Positions 51,701 to 63,559 of a stretch of DNA of 63,559 nucleotides are shown piece by piece. Where the stretch lies: the NCBI GenBank assembly GCA_003427395.1, contig BFEA01000021.1, positions 3,542,532 to 3,606,090 of the forward strand, in the 5' to 3' direction. Within the stretch, counting starts at the first letter, position 1; every line of letters starts with the position of its first letter. The notes below the pieces were generated by a model. It saw only the letters and a list, made by a program, of their open reading frames with translations, did not search any database and was not told where the DNA came from. This DNA is from Chara braunii (lineage: Eukaryota; Plantae; Charophyceae). The position numbers and the translations under genes are program-made.

Positions 51701-54700
51701 GTCTTTAATCGAAAAGTTTGGCTTGGTGGATGCTTACCGGGTAACACACCCTAATGAACAGGGTTTCACTTGGCACCCCGCGAGGCGGGCTCCCACAACC
51801 CCGACACGGATAATCACTAACCACAAAAGCCAACGCAGGATAGACATGCTTTTCGTCCGAGCTGCAACATAGGAATCATTGCTCTCGGTGTGTGTGGAAA
51901 TACAGTCCATGTCGGACCACTATCCATTGTGCGCTCGGTTTGCTCCAGGTCCGTGTTTTGATCGAGAACGGGGTTATTTCAGATTGAATACGGAAAACTT
52001 GAATAACCCAGGTATAGCGCAGTGGGTCTAGGACCAGAACTCAGCATGACAACTCACAAAAGAGTGGTTTCCGACAAAGGGGGAATGGCTTATCACAGGC
52101 CTACAGATCTTATCCAAAGGGCCGACAGTACTGTCTGTCATGAAGGCATATCAGAGGAAGAGCGAGGAACGCAACTGCAAGGAAAAGATTGAAGAGGCGG
52201 AAGCAGAGCTAGGTAAACACCCTGTGTCAGATGTGTTCTGGACGAGGGAAAGGAACAGGTGGTTGTCCAAATGGGAGGAAATACAAATCAGAAGGCAGAA
52301 AGTATGACAGAAACGTTGCAAAGTAGAGGGGATGGCGAAATTGGACTGCATGTCAAAAAAAATGTTCGCACTAGTAAATAGGCAGTCCACTCAGCACCGA
52401 ATAATGAAAGAACTGGCACACTCCTTTGACTCGAATATGCGCAAGAGCACTGAGACAGCAGGTATGTGCAGCTACGCAGTGACTTACTTTCGAGACATTC
52501 TGACATCACGCAGACCCCCGGAAGAGGCAGACTTGGACCTGTCGTTATCCTCGACCATCTGGGATACCACGGTCTAACGCATTCCAGTGAAGGGCAGGTT
52601 AGCATTGGACAGACCAATCTCCCCCGAGGAGTTGCTACATGCAGCCCAACGAATGGCTAAAGGTAAGGTTCCGGGTGAAGACAGCCTGCCCATCGAATTT
52701 TTCCTCCAATTTTGGACTCTTTTCTGCAACGATCTAGTCCAGATTTACAATGAGGCCGTGATTGGGGTGTGGCTTCCTCCTAGCATGACGAAGGGGATCA
52801 TTGCGCTCCTTTATAAGAAAGGGGATAAAAGCAATATCCGCAATCGGCGTCCAATTTCCTTGTTGAAAACTGTATACAAACTGTTAGCAAAAGCTCGGGC
52901 AATTCGGTTGGCGTCATACTTACCTTATTTGGTGGGAGTAGACCAAGGTGCGTTTGTTAAGGGAAGATCAATCCTGGACAACATTGTTGCAGTGATCGAA
53001 TCAATGGAAATAATCACGAATGAGGATTTAAACACGACGGTCCCACTCCTTGATTTAGAAAAAGTTTATGATAGGGTTAACTGGGCCTTCGTCATGACAA
53101 CCCTTAGGCACACGGGGCTAGGTCCGAATTTTTGCAAATGGGTGAAGGCGATGTATTTCCATGCCTCAGCCTCCATAATGATTAACTGCAGGATTTCACC
53201 GCCCTTTCCTTTTACTCGATCCCTCCGACAAGGCTGCCCGCTAGCGCCATTTCTGTTTGTCTTGCAAATGGATGTGTTGCTCAATAAGGTGAGGTATAAT
53301 CCTTACATTATTGAGCCGAGAACCCAACAACAACAACAATTCAAAGGTAGCGCATTGGCAGATGACCTCAACATAGTTTCTAGGAATACAACCACTTCTC
53401 TGCAAGCGGTTCGAGAGACACTGGTAAAATATTGTGTGCTCTGTGAGGCTCAAGTTAACTGGTCAAAGTCAGTGTTTTTCTTGCCAGACCAGTATGGGAT
53501 TTGTGTGGATTTTGGGATGAAAAAGATCCCTGCTGACTCTTCTGAAAGATTTTTAGGGGTGCAAGTTTCCTTACAGAATTGTGTTGAAACACAAGACAAG
53601 ATCCTGGTGGGCAAAGTGGAGCAGCGACTGCAAAAATGGAAACTAATTTACGGCCTCTCGTTGTTTGGGAGGGTCCTAATTGTGAATGCAACAGTTTTTT
53701 CTCAGCTGTGGTATGTGGGAACAATCAGACCTCTGGGGAAGAAGGCTGCACAGTCCATTAGAGTGGCGGCCACTAAGTACATCTAGAAACCTGAGGCGGA
53801 GGAAGGGTAAGACCATATGTCTAAGTTATCCTAGGATAAGATCACGACGGTAAAGGAGGAAGGAGGGCTGGCAGTGCTTGATCCCATACGCCAAAATAAG
53901 GCCCTCCTCTCCAAATGGCCGGTTAAGGCGGTCACGGATACAGAGGAGCGCCGCAAGGTGGCTCTGGCAGAATACATCCTGGCCAAGGATTGGGGCCTGA
54001 GCTATGGGGAGGATGTGTGGTTATTAATGTCGACCCCAACATATCAGCGACGAAGGCCGAAGTCCACTTTTTGGCAAGGGGTCATTCAGGCATGGTGGAC
54101 ATTGGCGCCAGGTCCCATCAGAGAACCACGAACACGGGACAAAGTACTGCGTCAACCTTTGTTCGATCGCTGGATCAAGAACCAGGAAGGGTCTACCTTT
54201 GCAATAACAGGGAGAGGCAATTTCCGGAGAGCTTGGGTGGAAAGAGGAGTGCTCAGGGTGGAGGACTTGTGGGATGAGCCACGAAAGACTTGGAGAAGTA
54301 CAGAGGATTTGAGGATTAAACTCGGAAGATTGTGGCATGTGGAAACAAGGAGGGTAGCGCTAATGCATGCCATACCGGCAAATTGGAATCAACTGCTGGA
54401 GAATGGAACAACCACAGGCCAGTGGTACCGACCTGTGCTCATCATGGGAGGATAACGGCAAGTTTACAAACAAGTGGATCAAGGAAAGATCGAAGTATGG
54501 GAAAGGCAAACGAAGGAAGGCATTACCCAAGACACGCTGGCATTTAAAGAGGAACAAGCGTTTGCCAACTCTTGCTTAATGGAGGAAGTCAGGGTGGTTT
54601 TGCAATTCTCTGTGGCTGGGACACCTCAACCGGTCCTGCAGCTTATTGGCACCCCAATCAGACTGATGCGATTGGATATCGGCCTAATTGGGTGGCCTAA

Positions 54701-55457
54701 GCTAAGGGGCCAACCGACAATTCACCAATATACCTCTAAGCTGGGCATGGGGGTACAAAGATTGGAAGGAAGTTCTTCCAGGAGGATACAGGAGGTCATA
54801 CCTGAGTCCTGCACAGGCTCAAGTCTGTCTGTGGAATTTTACAGGGAAAAATGGAAGGTGTGCCAGAGATTGTCGGACAAGAAAGCCGCTTCGGTGGTGT
54901 GACTGATAACCCATGCTGCCCCGTTGGATGCGGTATCATTGTTCAAAAGAGGGATGAACGTGGACGTGAGGTGTGTCGGATGCCACCGCCAACCTGAGGA
55001 CAATGAGCACCTGTGGGGTACATGCACCCTCTCATTTCGGATTTGGAAGTGGTGGTCCCACCATTGGAAGGAGATGGGCGGGCCTGTGGAGTTAGAAAGG
55101 GACCTGGAATGGGCAATAACGGGGCAGCTTAGGCACCCATTGAAAAGCGGGAAGGGGTGGGGGTATGTGGCAATGGCAATCCGTGCACTAGTGATTTGGT
55201 GGATTTGGAAAGAGAGGAACTCCGTGTTATTTCAAGGCAAGTACTTTTCGGATGCTGAACTGAAGAGCGGCATGAAGTCCTCCCTCGGATGCATGATATC
55301 AGTGGATTGGAGGAAGAAAGTTTTATCGAGGGTTGAACCGGGACGTCACAGGGCAAGATTATGGTTCCTGCGCTCATGGGCCAAGAACAATCGGTTGGTA
55401 GCTGTTTCAGCTCTAACTGGGAAACTGGTACTATCCCCGTGGTTAAGGGCAGTGTAA
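48791..55457 (+). mobile_element. Decayed L1/Tx1-type LINE: ORF1 (48791-51195, frameshifted, zinc knuckle) plus ORF2 (51192-55457; APE, RT, zf-RVT)
   Basis: APE motifs SWNVRAL, ICLQET, VYAP, ILAGDWN, RRID, SDHYP. RT motifs KVPGEDSLP.EF, RPISLL..YKLLAK, DQGAFVKGRSI.DN, LDLEKVYDRV.W, RQGCPLAP.LF, LADD, FLG. C-terminal CVGC..EDNEHL.GTC. Several in-frame stops. Confidence 0.95.
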
Positions 55458-56226
55458 TTTGCAGAAGCAATGCAGGGTTGTAGGGAAAGGTCCCTCTGGA
55501 GAATAGAATCTTCAGTGGGGATAAAATTGGGATTTTGGGTATTAGGAACTTGGATCGGGAGAGGGCAGGGAATAACCGTAGTAGTCGTTGGGAAATGGGG
55601 TGACAGAGGGAATTGGGTTGAAGGATAGGAATGTTGGACTTGAAACAAGGCCGGTTCTACCTACCACTGGGTAGCTCGGCATGCCCTGAGGTTCTGTTGA
55701 TAGGTCCTGGATCCGAAATAGGGTCAAAGGGGGCTGCCCTTAAGAGGGAACTCGCGGGGCTGTCCGGGAACTCGAGTGGGGCCATGCGTTTTCCTTTTGT
55801 CTGCCAGGTTGGTCTGGCTAGGCTGTTGTTTGCTGTGTTATCAGCCAGGTTGGTCTGGCAGTGCCAAAACTTGTGTCGGTGTCCGGGTAGAATCGTGAGG
55901 TTCCCGGCCTCCCATGTTCTTCACTGTGCCGCACAAGCGCGGAAGCGCAGCCACTCGGGAGTGAGACTGGCCAGCGGGCAGGGCTTGAAGCGCACAGGAC
56001 GAAAAGGATTGTGAATGGGCCTCGCCACACCACTCTTGAAACGGGGAAATTTTTCAAGAGCTGTCAGACGTTCTCAAGAGTTGTGTTTTCAAGAGTTTTT
56101 TNNNNNNNNNNNNNNNNNNNNNNNNNNNNNNNNNNNNNNNNNNNNNNNNNNNNNNNNNNNNNNNNNNNNNNNNNNNNNNNNNNNNNNNNNNNNNNNNNNN
56201 NNNNNNNNNNNNNNNNNNNNNNNNNN

Positions 56227-56283
<57 letters not shown>

Positions 56284-57135
56284 TGAGCTGGAAGGAGCAA
56301 GAAGAAGGAGAAGGGTAGCCGCTGCCGTCGTCATCTGCATCGTTGTCCGCTCCTCTGCATGAACGCCTCTTCCGACACCGGCTCCAGACGCTTGACGCCC
56401 AGAGTCGAAGAGGTAAACCGACGCTGCATGGAGGGAACCTAAAAAACGACCCAAACCCAAACCCGGGCGGCGCCTGCCAACACCACCGGACAGACCATTG
56501 GTAGCCCGCTTTCAAAGCTCTAGGCCTACCGCTTCACCGACCGGTCTCTGCCCCGACAACGACCGTGTACCTTCTCCACGCCCAATAAACCCCGTTAGAC
56601 CCGGTTAGACGTCGTCGACATTTCCTAAAAAGGCCGCGCCGCTAGGCGACAAAATGCAACCGGGTATAGCGCAGCCTCCTGGCTGCGAATTTCAATAAAC
56701 AATTGGATTTTTCCACAAAAAAAAAAACAAAAAAAAAACAGATGTCCCGAAGGACACGCCCGCATTTTTGTTTCTCTTTATGGTTCCAATTTTGACGGTT
56801 GTCCCCGAGGACTCCCCCACCCACACCCAAATACAGACCCAAGTTCGAATCCAGATGCAATCAAATGGACAGAATAAATGGTAACTCCACCGCATGCAGA
56901 TCCTCCGCGATTCATTACAGCCCCACCCCCACCACCACAGGCGCTGTGCGGTTTCACGTTCCTTCCTGCATCTATAGACCTCCGGCTTAGTTTTTGTCTG
57001 TTTTGCGTTTGGTGAGTGGTGCGGGGATGGGTCTATGTGACCTCGACTACGTACATCGGCGCGTGATTGACGGCATATGACCGTGCCCACGTGTGCGCTC
57101 CCTGTCTAATCTCGGAACTGTGGGCATGCTCACAC

Positions 57136-57488
57136 TACCCGGTAGCCGGACTTTCCTAGACGTATATTGACTGCTTTTCCGACCGAGATTGCATGCACCT
57201 GGCCTCGATTACGTCCTTAGAGAAGTGGGAAAAGTCCTCCGTGAGTATGCCCTGTGACGGTGATGCGATGGAGCCTTCTCTGATGAGGGGCAATGCGGTG
57301 GAGCCTCGTCTGAGGATGAGGGGCAACTGTTCTGGCCTCGCACACAATGCACTGTGTCTGCGTGAGGAAAAGAGAGACTTTACGATCGCTTGGGCGCGGA
57401 GGAGTGGTGGCCATGGCCTGGGGGAACGATGTGATGAATGTGCGCGAATGTGCGTTTCCAACCGGCGCCACGCGCGTACTACCGGGTA
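57136..57488. mobile_element. Possible short-TIR non-autonomous element
   Basis: TACCCGGTAG...CTACCGGGTA inverted termini and an internal ~30-bp repeat. Confidence 0.35.
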
Positions 57489-57996
57489 GGCTCGCACAAA
57501 GATGATAATTTCTTGCGACCAGAATTCATGCCTTCTTAGCGCGGACGCCGCACCAGCGGGGCCTGGCCATTAGTTGCGCTGCAATGTGGATGATACCCGC
57601 CTTTGGCCCTGGCACGGTCTTCGACCACCACAGACAGCCTCGCCGTGGGGAAAAGACGTCTACAAAAACTTTCGTCTGGGGCGATCTGTGGAGAATGAGG
57701 AAACTTGCTGGGATTGGAAAAGTGCATACTCACACCAGGACTGTTTTCACTCATTGCTGGACGTAATTGCGGTCAGATGCACCCACGCCGGGCTGTAATT
57801 ACTATCAGATATACATCCAGAAAAGTACAGGTGTGAGTACGCCCTCAGTCTCTTAGTACGGTTGTGGGGTTGAGGATCGAATGACCGAAATGAAGTGAAA
57901 GACGTGAGGGAGAACGCCAGGGACACAAACTGGCAGACAAAGAGTGGCACGAGCCGAAGGCAGCTTGCATGTGCGCGCGCACACACACACACACAC

Positions 57997-58096
<100 letters not shown>

Positions 58097-58097
58097 N

Positions 58098-58157
<60 letters not shown>

Positions 58158-58674
58158 GGAGTGAGGGGTAACGTAAGAGGAAAGTTAGGAAGGTCGGCCC
58201 AGATTGACGACTTCGTTGCGACTTGAGGCAGTCGGGATCGGGAAGCAGAGAATGGATCCAATAGTATCGGCAGGCGGAAGGAATAGACGAGACCTCTTAT
58301 CAATGCCTGCGCTACGTTGTCCTGGGCTTGAGAGGGCTCGCTGTACCTGCTGCAGATGGTACGTTGCGGCAACAACCTTGCGGCAATCCAACCCACCAAC
58401 GATACCCACTACAAGTAGGAAAGAGGAGGAAGAGGAGAAAGAGGAGGAAGAGGAGGAGGGAGAGGAGGAGGAGGAGGAGGAGGAGGAGGACACGAGGCCA
58501 ACCAATTCTAACATCGAACGAGTGCATGGTCGAAGCGCCTACGGGAGTAACGGCGGTTATGGCGTCTTGGGGGACCCTCACGGCTATAGTGGATATGGTA
58601 GGGCCTTGGGAGGTGGGAGATGGTGGGCAGGGGGGGGGAGACATAAGCATCACCTCGTCCCCTTCCTCTCACGC

Positions 58675-60465
58675 ATGGGTTTCTTATGCAGTTGGTTCTT
58701 ATTGTTGACGTCAACGATCTTCGCGAGAGGCAAGGCGGTCGATATTCACTACAGTGCCTTGGAGAATATAATCTCCACCCACAGAAAGCCTCTGCTGGTG
58801 GAGTTCTACACCCCTGAGTGCTATTACTGCCAACAGTTAGCCCCAGAGTTAGATAAAGTGGCGGAGCGGTTAAAAGATCGATTGACCGTGGTAAAAATTG
58901 ACTCTAGGGGTATCGGAAGCGTGGTAGTCCAAGGCACTAGGATTAGGGAGACACCGACGTTGCTGCTGTACCGAAACGGGAAAGAAGTGAAGTGGGTGAC
59001 AGAAGACTTGAGGGGGTTTCGCCACGCGTCCGTCTTGATTCCTTTTTTGGAAATGCAGCTTTATCCGTTGGTCACCTACTTCTCCCAGCTTTGTGATTTG
59101 GACCCCTTCTTGAAGTCTAAGGGGGTGGTGGTTGTGGGGCTATTTTCCAGCCGAAATGAGCCCGCTGCCAAAGTGTTCAAGTCGGTAGCATCGACCTTGA
59201 GGTCCCATAACCTCTTCGCTGCCACCAACAACACCGCCGCCAGCGCTGACATCGCTGAGCAGTTCGATGTCTCCAAGCTTCCCGCCATTTTCATCTTGCT
59301 CAAGCACAACGTCACTCTGCTTTACAGGGGCAACAATGCCACAGATCAAAAAGCGTTGACGTCCTGGATTAACGAAACAGCTTTCCCACTGGTCGGCCAT
59401 CTCTCGATGCTCACCTACTACCGATACAACCGACGTAACCGACCAAGTCTGTATCTATTTATAGACATAGACACGGAGGAGGAAGCGGAACAAGAGAAGC
59501 AGAACGCCACAGTGCTAGCCGTCGAGAAAGCTGCAGTGAAGTTGCAATCGCGGCTAAGTATAGTCACTGTGGACGATAGGGCCACAGAGGAGAACAACCG
59601 AATGATCCTACGCAACACTGGACTCAGCTTCTTTCGAATTCCAGCTATGGCTATTCGATCGGCTGATAAGGCCCACTCTTGCGGATTCAACCAGATGTTG
59701 GACATCACTACGGAGCGGGTACAAAAATTTGTTGACGACTTTCTCTCCAATACACCTTCTTTCTCTGCTACCTGCAGTCTGCAAATGCAGCAGTACAAGC
59801 TCTCTAGGACTTCAAAGCCTCCTGCTTCCTCCTTCTCCTCCTCCTCCTCCTCCTCCTCCTCCTCCGCTTCTTCTTCTTTATCGAGAACGAGAGATGGAGA
59901 AGGAGGCACGTGGCGTGCTGCAGGAGCGGGGGCCTCTCGACCATTCGAGGATCACGATGTTGAGCAGTACGACGAGTTTGCGACGGCGGAGAAACAACGG
60001 CTGGAGCTCATTGATGAGGAGATAAAGGAAGTGGACGAGGAGAAATTCCAGAGGTACCTTAAGCGGACGAAGAAGGATGTTGTGGTTTTGTATACTGCAA
60101 GGTGGTGTGCATTTAGTGTTCAGGTCGAAGACCTGGTCCAGCGAATCTGGCGCTCGGGGGAGTTGGATAAGATCAAGGATGAGCTGATGATAGTCAAGAT
60201 AGATGTGGTCCTCAGCTATGGCGTTGACTTCAACAAGGTTAAGGTGGTGCCGGCTATGAAGTACGTATCGGCTCGTTACAAAGATTATCCTCACTGGTAC
60301 TCGGGAAAGTTGAATGAAGCTGCCTCGATTATAGACTACCTACATGCTTATCACAGCATCCGGCGAGTGGAGATCCCGGGAGAAGGCCCCAGCCCCTTGC
60401 TGAAACAAAAGATCACACAATCAATTTACGAAGCAGTTAAGCATAGAACACAGGAACTGGCCTAG
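58675..60465 (+). CDS. Protein disulfide isomerase-like protein (a-b-b'-a'), single exon
   Basis: Signal-peptide-like MGFLCSWFLLLTSTIFA at in-frame ATG 58675. Thioredoxin a domain LLVEFYTPECYYCQQLAPEL..VVKID..TPTLLLYRNG. b domain VVVVGLF..F..VA..LR...FA. a' domain VVVLYTARWCAFS. An upstream start (ORF open from 58204) cannot be excluded. Confidence 0.85.
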   Translation: MGFLCSWFLLLTSTIFARGKAVDIHYSALENIISTHRKPLLVEFYTPECYYCQQLAPELDKVAERLKDRLTVVKIDSRGIGSVVVQGTRIRETPTLLLYRNGKEVKWVTEDLRGFRHASVLIPFLEMQLYPLVTYFSQLCDLDPFLKSKGVVVVGLFSSRNEPAAKVFKSVASTLRSHNLFAATNNTAASADIAEQFDVSKLPAIFILLKHNVTLLYRGNNATDQKALTSWINETAFPLVGHLSMLTYYRYNRRNRPSLYLFIDIDTEEEAEQEKQNATVLAVEKAAVKLQSRLSIVTVDDRATEENNRMILRNTGLSFFRIPAMAIRSADKAHSCGFNQMLDITTERVQKFVDDFLSNTPSFSATCSLQMQQYKLSRTSKPPASSFSSSSSSSSSSASSSLSRTRDGEGGTWRAAGAGASRPFEDHDVEQYDEFATAEKQRLELIDEEIKEVDEEKFQRYLKRTKKDVVVLYTARWCAFSVQVEDLVQRIWRSGELDKIKDELMIVKIDVVLSYGVDFNKVKVVPAMKYVSARYKDYPHWYSGKLNEAASIIDYLHAYHSIRRVEIPGEGPSPLLKQKITQSIYEAVKHRTQELA

Positions 60466-60576
60466 ATGCTTTTTATTTATTGTCTTTTTATCAAAATTAT
60501 CATTTGTATGTCCTTGTCTTTTTTCTTTTTCTTTTTCTTTTTTTTCTAATCTTAAAATCTTCGATCTCTTGATGGG

Positions 60577-60632
60577 GAGCCTCTGGAAGTGGTTATGATA
60601 TTGCGGAGCCTCTGGAAGTGGTTATGATATTG
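60577..60632 (+). repeat. 29-bp tandem duplication
   Basis: GAGCCTCTGGAAGTGGTTATGATATTGC occurs twice. Confidence 0.85.
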
Positions 60633-60646
60633 CATTTGCGAGCAAA

Positions 60647-60678
<32 letters not shown>

Positions 60679-63262
60679 NNNNNNNNNNNNNNNNNNNNNN
60701 NNNNNNNNNNNNNNNNNNNNNNNNNNNNNNNNNNNNNNNNNNNNNNNNNNNNNNNNNNNNNNNNNNNNNNNNNNNNNNNNNNNNNNNNNNNNNNNNNNNN
60801 NNNNNNNNNNNNNNNNNNNNNNNNNNNNNNNNNNNNNNNNNNNNNNNNNNNNNNNNNNNNNNNNNNNNNNNNNNNNNNNNNNNNNNNNNNNNNNNNNNNN
60901 NNNNNNNNNNNNNNNNNNNNNNNNNNNNNNNNNNNNNNNNNNNNNNNNNNNNNNNNNNNNNNNNNNNNNNNNNNNNNNNNNNNNNNNNNNNNNNNNNNNN
61001 NNNNNNNNNNNNNNCTGCCTTATGAACCAGGCCGGAGTGCCCGGACATTACGGCATCTGTCAACCCTTCGGAACCCCCAAAAAAAAAAAAAAAAAAAGGC
61101 TATGCAGGGGACCACTGCAAGCATAGCTATCTACCTCTCTTTCGTGAAGGGAGGTTACCTCTCTCAGTGGAGGAGGTAATTGCATGTTTGCCCCTTGCCC
61201 TCGTGGTTTACGGGTGCAGGGTTGGGGCCGCAGGTGGGGTCGGCTAACACAAGGACAAGGACCGAGCATTTGACTGCAGACTTGCAAAGTGTATTCTGTT
61301 GTATTGCTGGGGAGGCCTTGCCTTGCCCATAACTCTATTGAAGTCTATTCGATTCTATTGGTTGGGAGTCCTGGGACCACCACCTCTTGGGACACAAGCC
61401 CAGTGTCCCTTTAGGAACTTCTAGGTGTTCTTTTTTTTAAATATATATAGGTAAGTACGTTCATGTCACTTTTGAGTATCGCGTAAGCAAAGAAAAAACA
61501 CGCAACCTCGCTCTCTGTAGACTAGGGGTTACTGGTTGAATGGTGCGCATGGGCAGTCAATCCGCTCGCACGAGGGCAGTCGATGCTGTCCTCCTTCTAT
61601 GATTACGACTCAATTTTGGCTCGGGCTTTGTAAAATGGGACGCTGGACCCGGTTTCCGGCAGGTGCAGCTCCCCACCAAATTGAATAGATTGGAGCCATC
61701 TTCTTGGGGGTCCTATTAGCTGAGTGGGGGATGCTCCTATCACCTCCACTAATAGGCCTCACTTCGTCACTTGGATGTTTCAGAAAAAACAAAAACACGC
61801 CCGCAAAGAAACCAGGCACGGAGTTCGAAAAAGGAATGAAATTACCAACGGCTGTGGTGTCCGGCCGGGTGTCATATTGACAGGGGGCGGCCGTGGTGCC
61901 AGATGGGGAAAGAAAAAACAAAAAAAAGTCCGACGGATTCGAAGTAGGTACCTGTTTTCTTTTGGAGTCACACTGTACGTTGGAGTCACACCCGACGTTC
62001 AGGATAGGCAAATTTAGCAGTTCCCAAAATGAAGCGAAAAAGGAAATCCTAAATCTGCCAAGCGTCACTGTTGGTAATGACTGGCGTAGTTTTAGACCAC
62101 TGCTGGTAATGACTTGCACATTTCCAAACACACACCATGATTGACTTACCGTGAGGGCACGGGTGCACAGCCTGTAGTTTGTCTGTTGATGTCGATTGTC
62201 ATGTTCGCGATACACAACTCCAAGAGTGTGTGTTTGTGTTTGATTAACCGTAATGCTACCACGATGTGAATCACAGCAAGTTGCGTTCAGGGTACGTGGA
62301 GCTTTTCACAGTGATTCACACCATTTTCGACAGACCCATACAGCAAGCCTTTGCATCACCCACACTGGGACCGTTCGGGTATCTGAAAACCTCTGGGTCC
62401 TCATTACCCCGAGGGCACTAAGCCACGAGCCACAAGCATCAGCCCAGTAGAACAAGGCAACTGACAGCCAGCAACAACACACACAACGAACAGCAAGGCA
62501 AATAATGACATCTCGTCACACAGGCTGGGGGCCACGGGGGAGGCGGGTGGGCAAACAAACAGTGCACAGCAACTGCTAGGAGAAGGCAGATGAAAGACAG
62601 CGAAGGAAAAGGCATGCGGCATCAAGGCATGTGACACCAAGCAACGACAAAGAGCAAAGGATTGAGGGCAAGGGGGAGGCGGGTGGATGCACAACGACAT
62701 AGGACAACAAGGCATAGGATGACCGACAGCAACAGAGAGTAAAAGCTGGAAGAAAAGAAAGATCCAAAACAATGAAAACTGATGATAACAAGATTGTTTC
62801 GTTGGAGTTGCACCGAGTCATCAGGAGGTTGAACCCTCGACAAACCGGAGTGTCTGTATTGGATGGTTTGGGTCATGAACCCTTGACCCATGTTGAAGGC
62901 AGACTGTCCCCAAGTGGAACATAGCAGCGGGCAGCAACCCTGCGGAGCAACAGAGCAGGCAATGCAGTAGACGTAACACGGCTGCACAACGCCAATAAGG
63001 ACTGCACGCTGCCAGATTTTGATTTTGTATCTAGCTGCTGCAGTTCATTTGCAAAAGCTAGCATCTGTTAGTCCCTCATGTAGGCTTGACTTTTGTTTCA
63101 AATTGCCATTTCTTTACTACTGTTCTGCCTACCTGTACGCGTAACGACTCTCTTCCCAAAAACACAAGGCACTCTGCTTCGCTTTTCGCTGGGGGCTCGT
63201 TACCTCTTCGCCTTGGACTGCCAACTTCCTTCTTTTGCCTCTTCTTACCTACGATGGCAGAC

Positions 63263-63559
63263 TTTGGCGTGGGTTTGGCGTGGGTTTGGCGTGGGTTTGG
63301 CGTGGGTTTTGCCATCTTTCTGCTAAATTGTGCTAATGAATGTATACACGCCCACTAGTAACCCAAGGTCCCAAACCCATGGGTTTGGCGTGGGTTTGGC
63401 GTGGGTTTGGCGTGGGGTTGGCGTGGGGTTGGCGTGGGTTTGGGTTACTAGTGGGCGTGGGTTTCCAAACCCACGCCTGGAAATCGACGCCCACTAGTAA
63501 CCCATGGCCCACTAGTTGGCGTGGGTTTGGCGTGGGTTTGGCGTGGGTTTGGCGTGGAA
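63263..63559. repeat. 11-bp minisatellite (TTTGGCGTGGG)n interleaved with inverted CACGCCCACTAGTAACCC motifs
   Basis: Read directly. CACGCCCACTAGTAACCC (~63347) and GGGTTACTAGTGGGCGTG (~63442) are inverted copies. Confidence 0.9.

Overview
Eukaryotic, repeat-rich nuclear DNA from the green-plant lineage. The U6 copies are plant-type, and the repeat landscape resembles a charophyte alga such as Chara (inference). The draft assembly has N gaps and one Nextera mate-pair adapter. There are three intact single-exon genes: TAF11 (5213-5920), a nucleoplasmin-like (NPL) domain acidic/basic protein (32357-35773) and a divergent PDI-like protein (58675-60465). A Cys/His-rich ORF near the start carries a USP-type His box and two RING-like fingers. 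The rest is mobile DNA: a decayed two-ORF L1/Tx1-type LINE; a Penelope-like element with its GIY-YIG nuclease N-terminal to the RT (Naiad/Chlamys-like) and pseudo-LTRs; tRNA-derived SINEs; and MULE-, hAT-, Tc1/mariner-, Harbinger- and TTAA(piggyBac)-type MITEs. The most striking signal is five U6 snRNA-derived copies in 63 kb. Three have poly(A) tails and target-site duplications, and three are disrupted at the same ACAGAGAAG site. This suggests U6 is being amplified like a SINE and may be a preferred insertion target.
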